64,000 bases of DNA from the human T2T-CHM13v2.0 reference genome, Homo sapiens. The DNA lies in assembly GCF_009914755.1 (NCBI RefSeq), contig NC_060941.1. One strand, written 5' to 3'. Positions 27,241 through 39,830 of this stretch are shown here, one piece after another. Numbering within the stretch: position 1 is the stretch's first letter; every line of letters begins with the position of its first letter. The notes below the pieces were generated by a model, which was not told the DNA's origin, did not search any database, and saw nothing but the letters and a program-made list of their open reading frames with translations. The translations under genes and the position numbers were made by a program.

Positions 27241-28699
27241 AATCAGCATCATTGCTTTCCTCATGGAATTGTCAGAAGTATGTGATATGACACATATGGA
27301 AGGGCTCTGTAAGTGGACAAGTGCTAAGCACTTGTGAGCGGCAGTTATCTCTGGGCATATGTGCAGATTGGGGTTAGTGCTCATTAGGGATATGTCCATT
27401 TGAGAATTAACCTGTGGAATTCAGAGGGTCTTACTACCCAACCAATATAACCTTTGGTTTCTTCTATCCCTCTCCTTCCTCTTGAGCAGCCATCCACAAC
27501 TGCTTCTGGGGAAGAGAGAGAGAGAAAGAGAAAGAAAGATGTTCATGGTTTGTTAAAAAAATAAAAGAAAATAACATTTACAAATGGCCAGAGTAGAAAA
27601 GATGTACCAATTTCATTTATCTTGTTAAGGAATGGGGCTAGATTGAAGATTAGCCAATGCTTATAATTTTTGAGGCTCTAAGAAATACCTTTGAAGTTAG
27701 AGAAGGATGGAGAGAAGTGAGAGGGAGTCACCATGGTCTAAGGGGCTGGTCCTCAATCTGGTCCGTGACATGTTGATCAGGCTCAGGGAAATTAAATTAA
27801 ATGAACCAAATTCCCAAGAAACTGCTTGATCAACCAGAACGCCAGTTTATCCACTTGCAATGAGAAATGCAATTTCCAAGCCACAGTATTTGGTTCTGTC
27901 AGGTGGTAAGGAGAAGATTACCCTGGGAAACCAGATTACTTGACCTGGTAAGAGTTTCATGTCTGGAAACATGGGGAAGTGAGGACATGCGGAGAATCAT
28001 GAGCAGGTGGAGCACTTTGGGCGTGCTGAGTAATGTCAGTGGACTGTTACACAAAGCTTAGGTAACGCATCTTTCATGCACCTGGAATCTGCAATCTAAC
28101 AGATTTCTAACCAGGCTGAGAGGATGCTCTCAGTCCTGCCAGTTTATGGACTTACAGGGATGTAAGGAACTCAAGACAGGGAAATAGCCTCTGTCTCCAA
28201 AAGGATAGCGGAGATGAGGTCCCTTTTTTATTTTTTAAAAAAACAATATAATATAATTGATGGATTCAGACCGTTCACGAGAGACTATTACCTCCACGCC
28301 CAGCTCAGGCACCTTCTCTAGAATCCCTTTCCTAATAATGTAAGTGCCCCTGTCACCTCCATCTATCCATTTTTGTTCTTTTAAGCCTATTTTATATTAT
28401 TTGCTTATATGCCAAACCCTAAACGATGAGTTCTTGAAGGTTAAAATTATGTTTTATTCATCTTTTTTCACTAGCCCCCGCATAGTCGCTGGCATACATA
28501 CCGTGGTGCTCAATAAATGCATGTGGCATTAACTAAAAGTTTGCTGTTTCTGGAATTCGTCTGAAACCTGAAACACTGCAACAACATCTCACTTAGAATG
28601 TTGCCTTACCCTTTTGCCATAATTTTAGAGTGAGGAAGTAGAGGTCACTAGATTACGTGTCCTTTTATGAAGAACCTACAGCTCAGGGCAGAAAGGCAC

Positions 28700-29200
28700 T
28701 TGCCGGAATCACCCTGCCAGGGAACTCTGAACCCCGCTGCGCCGCCGCTCCTGATCTCTGGGGTTTCAGGCGCCTCCTCTCTTACAACCCTCTCCTGGGG
28801 AAGTAAACCCCATCAAGACACCACCACATCCTTCCCCAGCGACTCAGCCTGGGGTCACAAAGGCCTTTACGTCCCACTGAAAAACGGTTTTCTTTCATTT
28901 GTGCCCATTCGTTCTTGCAGCCCCTTCCCCAGATCGAAGACTAGGGTCTTAGTAAGGAGAGGTAAGGAGGGAGGGGAAGAACCTGCCTGGCCCCCCGCGG
29001 AGCTCTGCAGGGGGCGTCGCGGCTGCACGCCAGCGCCCGCACCACCCCAGGCGGGAAGGGAGTTATCACACAGGGGGTCGCACGCAGATCTCGGGGACCG
29101 TGGGTGCCACGAGGTCAAACTGGCAGAGGGAGACGCTGCAGCTGCTGTAACAGCAAGGAAAGCCGAAGCCCCCTTAGGGGATACTTTACAAAATTATTTT
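28700..29200. promoter_or_regulatory. CpG-rich segment ~1 kb upstream of the HLF promoter
   Basis: Local CpG retention; CTCF-like TCTGCAGGGGGCGT at 29004-29017. Confidence 0.5.
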
Positions 29201-29552
29201 AATCACCGTGCAAACCTAATAACTTGACCCAAGCGCAATCACCTGTATTCACCCAGAGTAAATATTCCTAAAATCCCGTTCAGTGTGTCTGTGTCTCTCC
29301 CGCCTCTTTCCGTTTCAGGCAAATGTCTACCCCCCCTCTCCCCCCACCGTTAACACCTCTCTGCAGCGTGGGAAACAGTGCCCAGCAGCTCAGTCCTCCG
29401 CTTCCCGCTCTGCTTTTTGCATCCCATTCGGACTTATAGGAAGTAGTTATTTTTTGGTGGTGGTGGAAACTGGGCAAGAAAGAAGACGCTAAGCTTGGCC
29501 GGGGCCAGGAGAAATATTGAGAAGGGTCGTTACCTTCCATCCGATCTAAACC

Positions 29553-29716
29553 AATCATCTCAAACTTGGCTACTCTTTGGAACCACCTGGGGAGCTTTAA
29601 AAATTATGGACGCCCTGATAGCACCGCAGAGGTTCTGATCTAATTGATCTGGGATGCGGCCTGGGTATCGCGATTTTTTTAAAACTCCTCAGGTTATTCC
29701 CAGCTTGAAAACTATG
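29553..29716. mobile_element. MER5A DNA transposon next to the HLF promoter
   Basis: tctcaaacttggc...accacctggggagctttaaaaa...agaggttctgatctaattgatctggg...ttgaaaact. Confidence 0.75.
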
Positions 29717-30491
29717 GATATAAATTTCTCATTCCTCTTCCCACCCAGACCAAAAAAAAAAAAAAAAATCTAAGCCTAAGTTGATGGCCCAGGGAATCTG
29801 GCACCTGCTCCCCTGCAACCAGCCAGTGCTGCAAGGTCCCCGAAAATCGGCGCGAGCGGCGACGCTAAACACGCGGCGGCGGGGCGAGCGGGCCAGGCGG
29901 GCGGTGCCGCGCGTGGCCCCGCCCCCGCACGCCTATGGGCGCGAGGTGCGGGCCCTGACGTCACTCTTGTCAGGGCCGCGGCACATGGGCGGCCGGATGC
30001 GCTGAGCCCGGCGCTGCGGGGCCGCGGAGCGCTGGGGAGCAGCGGCCGCCGGCGCGGGGAGGGGGGTGGGGTGGGACGGCGCACCGCCTCCGGTGCTGGC
30101 ACTAGGGGCTGGGGTCGGCGCGGTGTCTTCTGCCCTTCTGCAGCCGTCGACATTTTTTTTTCTTTCTTTTTTTCAATTTTGAACATTTTGCAAAACGAGG
30201 GGTTCGAGGCAGGTGAGAGCATCCTGCACGTCGCCGGGGAGCCCGCGGGCACTTGGCGCGCTCTCCTGGGACCGTCTGCACTGGAAACCCGAAAGTTTTT
30301 TTTTAATATATATTTTTATGCAGATGTATTTATAAAGATATAAGTAATTTTTTTCTTCCCTTTTCTCCACCGCCTTGAGAGCGAGTACTTTTGGCAAAGG
30401 ACGGAGGAAAAGCTCAGCAACATTTTAGGGGGCGGTTGTTTCTTTCTTTCTTATTTCTTTTTTTAAGGGGAAAAAATTTGAGTGCATCGCG

Positions 30492-30606
30492 ATGGAGAAA
30501 ATGTCCCGACCGCTCCCCCTGAATCCCACCTTTATCCCGCCTCCCTACGGCGTGCTCAGGTCCCTGCTGGAGAACCCGCTGAAGCTCCCCCTTCACCACG
30601 AAGACG
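30492..30606 (+). CDS. HLF: HLF coding exon 1 (codons 1-38 plus 1 nt)
   Basis: Translates MEKMSRPLPLNPTFIPPPYGVLRSLLENPLKLPLHHED, the recognisable HLF N-terminus. Strong Kozak gcgATGg, in-frame upstream stop TAG at 30426, donor G|GTGAGC at 30606/30607 (phase 1). Confidence 0.97.
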
Positions 30607-31099
30607 GTGAGCGCTGCCGCGGCCCCGCTCCGGGAAGGGACGACGCTCCGGGGGTCCCCCTCCGCGGCCGGGCACGCCCGCTGGAGCATCCCCCAACCCC
30701 GCTCCCGCCCTGTCCCGCGGCGCCCCGGCCCCGCGCTGATGAAATTGAGGAGCTCACCCAGCACCCTTCCTCCCCTTCCTCCTCCTCCATGAAAGGGGAG
30801 GGACCCCTCCTGAGCTACATTTAAAAGAGCTTCGGGCACCCGGCCTCCCTGGGTCCCGCTCCTGCGGCGCGGGTGGGAGGTGTAACTTGACAGGTCAGGA
30901 TCGTTCCCTAGAACGAGGCACACCCGCACGCAGAGCGAGCCCGCCTGCGGAGGGCAGAGCCTCCCGGGCTGGGGAGGAGAAACCCTGGGGCCTGGTTCTG
31001 TGCGGGGCAGGGGGCGGGGGTCGGCTTGAGGGAGGGGGTTTCACTGCGTAGCCTGGGTTTTGGGGTTGTGTTACAGCTTCTGTTACTGGTTAGTATTTG

Positions 31100-31322
31100 G
31101 AACTCACGAGGTGTGAGAGAAGACTCGTTTTCTTCTGGTGAAGGGTAGCTGAGAAAGCGGGGTGGGGGCTGGGGCCGGTGGGGGGAGTGGTCTCTCGGCG
31201 GGAAGCCGTGCACGCCTCCAGCGTTGACACTTTCCCGGTGCACTTTTTCTGGTGGGAGGGGAGAGCGGAGCAGGCTCACGTGTAACCGCGCAGGAGCCTC
31301 CTCTGGCTTGAGCCCTTTCTTG
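31100..31322 (+). other. HLF: Candidate alternative non-coding first exon of HLF (5' end uncertain)
   Basis: Strong donor TG|GTAAGT after 31322 in the 3' part of the CpG island, no ATG in the ~220 nt before it, E-box at 31277. Fits the reported two-promoter architecture of rodent Hlf. Confidence 0.6.
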
Positions 31323-32757
31323 GTAAGTCCCAAACCTTCCCAAGACAACCTTGGCCTTAGCAGTAGAGGAGGGGTACGTGTGATGAGGCCCCAAACCCGG
31401 CTAAGTGATGCCACGGATTTGGGTTGATGCGATTTCATGCCTTCGGTATCACAGTAGCAAATGCGAACCGTGCGGCTCACAGTGTAAAGTTCTGAAAGGT
31501 TATTTGGCTACAAATAGCTTGGGAGTACTTGCACCTTCTTTTCTAGGAGAGGACAACCTGTTGCATTGCAAGAGTTTGCAATCTGCAGATGATAGCCAGG
31601 GACCCCTCCCTAACTATCCTTTAAGGAAGAGCATTTGGGAGGAAGGGGCTGCCTGCAGGCTTTTGCATCTGTGGGTGTTTTAAGTCAGATTTTCAGATGA
31701 GATGGTAGAGGGTTAGAATGGATGGCAGTGGAGGCTGTGTTTCTCTGAAGATGAAACTCAGAAGCAAATTCCTTAATCCCAGATTCCACCCACGACTGAA
31801 TACTAGAATTGGCAAGATCCGGAATGCTTGTTAAAGACCTAATGGGCGAGCAGTACTTCCAGGTAGCAAATAGCTGCATACTTCCAACATAAATGTATAG
31901 AATAACTCACCTTTTCCAATAGCTCTGCTTTTGAAAGGTTTTGTAAATGCATACTCTTTGTAAATTGGATCATACTCAAATGTTTGGAGAAGAGAAGGAA
32001 GAAAACACTTTGTATTTTTTTAAACTCCTTTTGTAAAAATCAGTGTGCCCCAGTGGCTTTAGAAGCAAACACATGTGAGCTCAGAAAGTTCTCATTCTCT
32101 GCCAACATGAGGCATTGGTCAAGTTCCCTCAAGTCTCAGAGCCTCCGAGTCTTTGTTGTAAATGGAGGTAATTGTTATTTTGCAAGTTTATTGTGAGATT
32201 TTTGAGATAATATATGGAAAGAACCAGGTATCCAGTAGGTACTCTAAACATGATGTTAAAGAAGGGTGGAAGGTCCCTGCTTTACCAAAATTAAGACCAC
32301 TAACTCACTGGCTTTGTAAGTCTGAATGACCTCCTATTGCTGCTGTGATGAATTCCTGGAAGATAATTCAAGCCTGGTTATTGGCTGTTGTTTTCTTAAA
32401 AATGACAGCAGTTGTATATAATCACAGATGTTATATTCCTATTTTAGGTTTAAGTTATTACTCTTCTCAAATAATGTGCTGAGACTGTTCTCTGGTTTTT
32501 ATCCTAGATCAGCCTGTAGCCCTGCCCCAAGGACTAGTGCCTTCTTTCCAAAGTAAATAGGAAGATGTTGAAAAACAGGCAGAGATCCACGTCCTGCCTG
32601 AACTTTTAACTCTAGATCTACAAAAGACAGCAGCCAGAGAAGGACCCTGCCATTCGTGAGAAATAGTCTTATAACAGGCCAGGAAAAGTGATAAAAGAGC
32701 GGTATTGTTTTTCTTTTCTTTCTTTTTTTTTAAGTCCAGCTTTCCCTTCTTCTGCAG

Positions 32758-33093
32758 CATTTAGTAAAGATAAAGACAAGGAAAAGAAGCTGGATGATGA
32801 GAGTAACAGCCCGACGGTCCCCCAGTCGGCATTCCTGGGGCCTACCTTATGGGACAAAACCCTTCCCTATGACGGAGATACTTTCCAGTTGGAATACATG
32901 GACCTGGAGGAGTTTTTGTCAGAAAATGGCATTCCCCCCAGCCCATCTCAGCATGACCACAGCCCTCACCCTCCTGGGCTGCAGCCAGCTTCCTCGGCTG
33001 CCCCCTCGGTCATGGACCTCAGCAGCCGGGCCTCTGCACCCCTTCACCCTGGCATCCCATCTCCGAACTGTATGCAGAGCCCCATCAGACCAG
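32758..33093 (+). CDS. HLF: HLF coding exon 2 (336 nt, phase 1-1; transactivation region)
   Basis: Long polypyrimidine tract and tctgcAG acceptor (32756-32757). Joins exon 1 in frame (G+CA = Ala39) giving AFSKDKDKEKKLDDESNSPTVPQSAFLGPTLWDKTLPYDGDTFQLEYMDLEEFLSENG...SPIRP, with the PAR-family LWDKTLPYDG..F.LEYMDL.EFL.ENG motif. Donor AG|GTAAGT after 33093. Confidence 0.97.
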
Positions 33094-33259
33094 GTAAGTG
33101 CCCTGAAGATTCTCCCTTCAGAAAGGGAGGAGGAGGGTGAATGGGACAGGCAAGGTAGAGTTAGCATAAACATCTTAACACTCAGGTTTTAGCAAAGATC
33201 CTAAGAGAGGTACCTTCTTCTGCTCCACTCCTGGCAGAGGCTCTCCCACTTTAATGAGC

Positions 33260-33425
33260 ATCCATATCACTCATCTGGAGAGTCCGGTAAATACAGACTC
33301 TTTGTATCTACCCCTAGAAATTCTGATTTTGCAAGTCTGGAATGAGGGCCCAGGAATATGCATTTTAACCAGCTCCCCCATGGGATTCTAATGCAGCTGA
33401 TCCAAGGGCTGCAGTTTAAGAAATA
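33260..33425. mobile_element. MER5-type fragment in intron 2
   Basis: cctagaaattctgatttt...gtctggaatgagggcccaggaatatgcattttaaccagctcccc. Confidence 0.7.
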
Positions 33426-35620
33426 ACTTACAGTTAATGATTTGGATAATTTAAGCCTCCATCGCATCTTGTATCTCTTTTCCTCATTCCCTAAACACGT
33501 AGATAACAGGTAGACTCTCAATAGGGTTTGGTTTACCTATATTCACTCTTGTCTGTCCTGAAGGAAAAAAAATGTGAGTAGGGATATGGGGCAGGTATTT
33601 TTTTTTTCCATCCTTTTCATCTTGTTTTGTCATTAGCTGAGAAGTAGAATCTAAAAGCAGGCTCTCATATTGTGTTTCTGAGCCTTCTTCAGGACCAGAC
33701 TCCATCTCTCTCGTTGCTATTCCCATAAACCCAACTGTTCTTATCTTTTTTTTTTTTTCATTTTCATCTGTCTATCACACTCAGTCCACCTGTATCAAAG
33801 CCCACAAGGCTGCAAGGTCAGCTGTAAATGATCTTGAAATAGTACACAAAAATATCACCTGAAATGACCAGTACTTCAAAACCCACTGCTAATGCTCAGA
33901 TATAAACACAGATTGAAGGAGCTTTGAATTCATGCCTTTAGCACCCTGTAGTACCAAATGAACAGGAAGAAAGACGATTTCATGTGCACAGGTAACCAGG
34001 AACAAAGATTCAGCCAGATAAATCATCCGGAAGGTCACAGAGCTGAGGGCCTTAGCTGTGGGGGAAGACAGAAAGCAGGACAATGCGAAACTTGTGCTAG
34101 AGATTGTTACTGAACTCCGTGTCCTCGACTCTTGTAGAAATTTCTGTGGCACATGGAGCAAGATTTAAATGGAAGGAAATGATGTAAAGGAGGAAGAGAA
34201 TACCCCTGCCTCGATATATTCATATTGAAGTTCCTCCTTTCAGACCTCTGTGTGCTGGCCCCTTCTCCAAAATTCACTTTGAATTATAACTCAAGGCCAC
34301 TGGCTGGAATGGAATTAATTCTTAGCCTCCAGCCACCCCTGGAGGCTGTGGGAGCTTGGGAAAACACGCCTTTATGTGATCCTGATCCCCTGCTACTTAG
34401 AATGTGCGGTACCACTATCTTCAATTTTTTTGTAGGAACAAGCAACAAAATGAATAACCCTTCAAAGTGGGAAAACAGCCAGGAGAGAAGGGAACAGAGC
34501 CCCAGTGAGAGACACAGTTATGCCTCGGTCATTGTGCTCTGTAGACTGAGAATCACCACTTTGTAGCTGTGTGACCTTAGAAAGCAACATCATTTCTTGG
34601 AGCCTCAGTTTCCTTTTTTGTAGAAGGATACAATTTCTATTTGATTGAGTTATTGTGAAAATTAGAGATAATACGTATAAAGGGTCAACTGATTAGCAAT
34701 GAGTCTTCTATTTGTGGAAGCAATTGTGATCATTGTTGTATGTGTCAACTTTTATTACTTATTTCAATCCCTGTCTTCTGAAATATCTTCGTAAGGTAAC
34801 TAGGTACTGTATATAACCCTTCCTCTGGAGAGAAATGTCAGGAGATTTTGCCCAGTAGTTACTGGATTGGGGTATTTTGACCAACACTTGTAATCAACTG
34901 ACAAGTATTTCTTAGTCCCCTACCAAATTTAGGATGTGTACCATGTTAGGAATACTATATTTTTTCCCAGGAGACCTGCACATATTGGGTGTTCACACCT
35001 TGGTTCCTACTGAGAGTCAAAAATTGGGGTTTTGGGATTTGAAGCAGCTTGAAAACTCATTTGTCAGAGCTCATTAGAGTCAGTATTGATCAGTGACTCT
35101 CAGAAGGCTTGGAATGCCCAATCAGAGTTGCAATGCATAGCAAAGAACTCCTGAGTTTCAGGGGATGTCATTTTGTAAGGTTCTGGTGGAAAGACACTGG
35201 GATCAAAGGGAACACTGAGGGTCTAGAAATAAGTTCTCCATTTAAATGTCTTATTTTAAATAATGGAAACACACTTCAACATAGTTTCCTTCTTGGAGTT
35301 GAAAACTCGATAGTCCTCATAGAAAAGGAAAAAAGTTAAACCTCGTCTTCAAATACCAAACTCAGGTAAAATAACACTCTGCTGTTCATAGATTGTTGAT
35401 CATTATAAAGATGCAAAATAAAATTCTAAGAGATGTTGGCCTGATGGATGGATATTGCAAGCAAACCTGAAAAAGGAGAAAGTTCTTGATTATTCTGTGT
35501 GGCTCACAGGAGTGACCAGAATAGAAGTACCAAGTTAATCTTGAGGAAAATAAGTCCTCAGAAGGGAAGAGCACAGATGTAGCCTTGGTCATTCTGGGAG
35601 CTGTATAATTTCAGTCTTGA

Positions 35621-36121
<501 letters not shown>

Positions 36122-36516
36122 TCTAGAACTTCAATTTGGACAGCAAAATCTGGACTTACTTTAGGACCCTGTCACACGCATGGATAAACTACCTGCAATG
36201 CTTTATGGCAAAACTTTTAAGAAGGTCAGGGGACATTGGGTTGCCAAGAAGAAATAGAATATTAATAAGAGCATAATTATACACTTTAGTTAATAAAACT
36301 AAGCCATCAGGCTAATCAGGAGATAATTGCAGAGTAGTTTACCAAACAATTGTTTTTGGCTATTCACTCAGCATGCATCTTTTGAGCTATGCTCCGTTGT
36401 GGTGTTAGTGCTTCTTGTTTGGTTGAAGGGCAATGAAACCATGAGCTGATAAAGTATGCATTTCTAGGTCTACCCCAAGGATGTCTTGGAATGACAAGGT
36501 GAGCATTCTTGTGAAT

Positions 36517-36838
36517 ATTTATTTATTTATTTACTTATTTGTTTATTTATTTTTGAGATGGAGTCTAGCTCCATCACCCAGGCTGGAGTGCAGTGACACA
36601 ATCTTGGCTCGCTGCAACCTCCACCTCCGGGGTCCAAGCTATTTTCCTGCTTCAGCCTCTCTAGTAGCTGGGATTACAGGCATTCACCACCATGCCCGGC
36701 TAATTTTTGTATTTTTAGTAGAGACGGGGTTTCACCATGTTGGCCAGGCTGGTCTCAAACTCTTGACCTCAAGTGATCCGCACCCCCTCGGCCTCCCAAA
36801 GTGCTGGGATTACAGGCATGAGCCACCACAACCTGGCC
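36517..36838 (-). mobile_element. AluS with (TTTA)n tail
   Basis: Antisense Alu; TSD att(c/t)ttgtgaatt. Confidence 0.93.
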
Positions 36839-39584
36839 CATTTTTGTGAATTCTCATACTATTTACCATGACTGCCCCAACCCCTTTCTTATCTTGAGCA
36901 CCCCATCCCTATTCCTCTAACTGTCTGATCAAAGAATGAATCAAATATCTGAAGAAATCCAGTTTTCTTTCAAGAAACAATCCAGGGATTCATTAAAACC
37001 TGTTGTGGCTATTGTGGGATCACCAAGCTTTCTGGGCTGACATCTTAATGAAGGGAAGAGTAGTGGTTCTTGGAGGCCAGAGCTAACTGCAGGGGCTCCT
37101 CGGTCATCCAAGGTGCAGTGTCCTGAATGTTCCTAGGCCAGCAGAGATGACAGGAGTCATTCTGATGACTTCAATGTTTGCATTTTAGATACTGTCAGAG
37201 GTGGGATGTGGGGGTGCTCTCCTGGAGGGACGAATATGTGCTGGGTACTGGAAAAAGAAGAATCTGTTTGCCATGAGAATTGAGCGATTGCTTTAAGGAC
37301 AGCCATCCCTTTAGGGAAAGTCATCTATAGCAGACAAAGGCAGAGTTATTTTTATATTACATGCTTGTAAAGCCAGATTTGAAATTATTTCCTCTGGTGG
37401 TTTTTCTTTGAATAGCTGGGGGGTGTCCTACCACTGTTAGGCCCATATTCCGCTGAGAATTAAGAAGGCTGTCTTTCTAGTTCTGAGCACGGAGACTGGG
37501 TTATGATGAAGGCTGGTTACAGAGTAAAGTGAAAACCCTTCCATGTGGTTGTGTGTGGGAAAAGGATGGCATAAGTGGGTGGCACAAAAGGAGCGGGGGT
37601 GGGGGAGAACCCATTGTACCTTTGCAATATGGAGTTTGTATTCTGTTTCTGCCGACCTTCCTTGTGAGAAGGTTTGGGTATGGAAGGAAAACGCTGGCCT
37701 GGGAATCTGAGTAATGATGGAGGGAAGTTCTGTGCAGGTGATTCTGGGTTTATGGAAGGTCAGAGGATTCTCTTACTTTTCCCAATATTATGAGGTGAAG
37801 CTCCGCTTAAGGGCGTGCAGTTCGTGTATCTTTCCAGTCCAGCAGACTGATAATGTCTGCAGGTTGGGAGCGCCATGACTGATAGTAGCTGTGCCCGGTG
37901 TCTCAAGCATCTTGGAAGTGCTGTTCATTCATCAGGGGCTAGGAGATCCTGAAGGGGAGGGAGTCTGCATGGTTCTGGAGACAGGTAGACATTTTTCTGT
38001 TTCTTGTAGAGTTTATCTTCTCCACGGATCCCTGTAGAGGACAGGCTTGCTGACATTCACAGGATAGTAGTCCCAAGCCTGTGGCAAAAGGTATTTTTGG
38101 GTATGTCTGGAAAGCAAGGCAACTTGGTGGTTAGGATTGTAGGCTCTGGGCTCAGGGGCTTGGGTTTACATCCTGGACCCACCCCTGGCTTGCCGTGTAA
38201 CTTTGTGTCAATTTCTTAACCCTTTAAGCCTCAGTTTACTCGTCAATACAATGGAAATTATAAATGGTCCCTCTCCCTTGGGGTTTTGGCAGGGTTAAAT
38301 AAGATCGCATGTGACAAGTCTGGCCAGTGTGTATTGCACGAGTACTGGGTGCATTCAGCTGTTATGGTGTCAGTGGCATGAGGTACAGAAAGGAATGACT
38401 GGATTCCCAATCCCTGTTTTCTATTTAGGGATTTATTTATCCAGTCCCCTTCCCTCTGCAAAAATAGGACATGCTTTCATGCATTTTTTTTCTTTCCCAT
38501 CATGTCCAACACTTACAGCCTGACCTTTCTCTTCCTTCTGGGTTGGGACGAATCGGTTCCCTGATGTTAACCCCGCAGCATGGCTTCTGGGTTACCAACT
38601 CCTGTTTTGCCAATGTGGAAACAGCCACTGTCTGGGTGCCCAGTCCCCCAGCTCTCGTGTGAGCCCTGGCAACCCTGGCTGCCTGCCTGCATGACCGTGT
38701 GCTCCAGGCACGTGGCTGTGCCCTGTGGAGCTTGCCCAACGCTGTGTGGTGTGCTGGCTTGCTTTTTTTTTTTTTTTCCCTCCTCCCCCTCGCTTCCCTT
38801 CCCAGGAGAATGACAGCAAGTGCCAGCAAGCAATTGTAATCCTGACCCTGGCATGAGAAAGCTGAGCTCTGGAGGGCAGTTCAGATGCCAGGGAAACCTG
38901 TTCTGTCCAACATTCTAGCCAGACCCCAAACCTGGCCCTCTCTCCTGCCTGTCTGCCCAGAGGCCCTGTCTTCTCTGCACTGCTGCGGTGGGCAGGATTC
39001 CTGGAGGCCAGCTCCTGCCAAGGGTCTTGGCAGAGTCTTTCCAGTTCAGCACTGTGCCTACCAGACTAGAAAAATAGCAATATAAAGACAGAATTAGGTG
39101 GAGGAGAAGGAAAGGGGGTGGGGGAGGTGGGAAGAAAAAAACCCTTGATAACATCCTAATGTAGAAAGCCAGAGGAGGGGAAGACAGCCGTGATTTATTA
39201 GGTTTCTCAGAAACCTCTCTTCCAATTAGCACTAATCACTTTTACCCAGGAATCGTTTTTTATGTCTCAGCAATGAAAATGGAGGTAAGAGGGAAGGTAG
39301 TAGAGAAAGTAATAAGATGAAAAAAAGTAGAAAATAACATATTAGAGAGGTACAGGGCCTGTGTTTGATTCTGTAATGGGTGTGGGTGAGAATATTGGTC
39401 ACAGCTAATATTGATTATAGTATTTGGCCCTCCCCCAGCAAATGTCTTGTCCTAAAGCTACTAAACCACTGTTTTTCTATAAATTTAAATTTCCCTCAGA
39501 CTTAGGTGCCTCTGTCTCACCATGCACAATGTCTGTCAGAATGTCCTGTGTTTGAGACACCAGTCTATACGGGCAATATAGCAG

Positions 39585-39830
39585 TAATGTTTTTTAGAGC
39601 ACAGAATTGAATAAACAAAACAGCCTGAGTGTGAATCCTGACTTTGCCACTCATTAGCTGCTCACGATCTCAGGCAAGTCATTTAAATGCTCTGAGCTTT
39701 CAGTTTCTCATCCGGAACTTTGGAATAATCATTGGACCTGCCTCATAGGACTGTTGAAGGTCATATGAGCCAATGCATGCAGAGTAATTGTCACAGTGCC
39801 TCGCACACAGCAAGTGCTTAATAACAGCTG
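39585..39830 (+). mobile_element. MIR
   Basis: gaatcctgactttgccactcattagctg...ggcaagtcatttaa...cagtttctcatc. Confidence 0.7.

Larger units (their letters stand above)
29840..31420 (+). promoter_or_regulatory. HLF: HLF CpG-island promoter, 5'UTR and start of intron 1
   Basis: Very high GC/CpG density. GC box GGCCCCGCCCC 29915-29925, palindromic CRE TGACGTCA 29956-29963, non-canonical E-boxes CACGCG 29870 and CGCGTG 29910, canonical CACGTG 31277-31282. Poly(A) tract 29751-29768 just upstream. Confidence 0.9.

Noticed and set aside
30492-30824. 110-aa ORF as a complete protein
   Set aside because: It is exon 1 read through the donor into GC-rich intron 1; HLF similarity stops at 30606.
28667-31480. 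Several 150-190 aa ORFs around the HLF promoter
   Set aside because: Expected by chance in CpG islands; no recognisable domains.
32508-32690. Extra cassette exon upstream of exon 2 (acceptor tttttatcctAG at 32507)
   Set aside because: The acceptor is plausible but only weak donors follow; unsupported without transcript data.
32688-33140. 150-aa ORF starting upstream of exon 2
   Set aside because: Exon 2 frame extended into the polypyrimidine tract and intron 2; true limits are set by splice sites.
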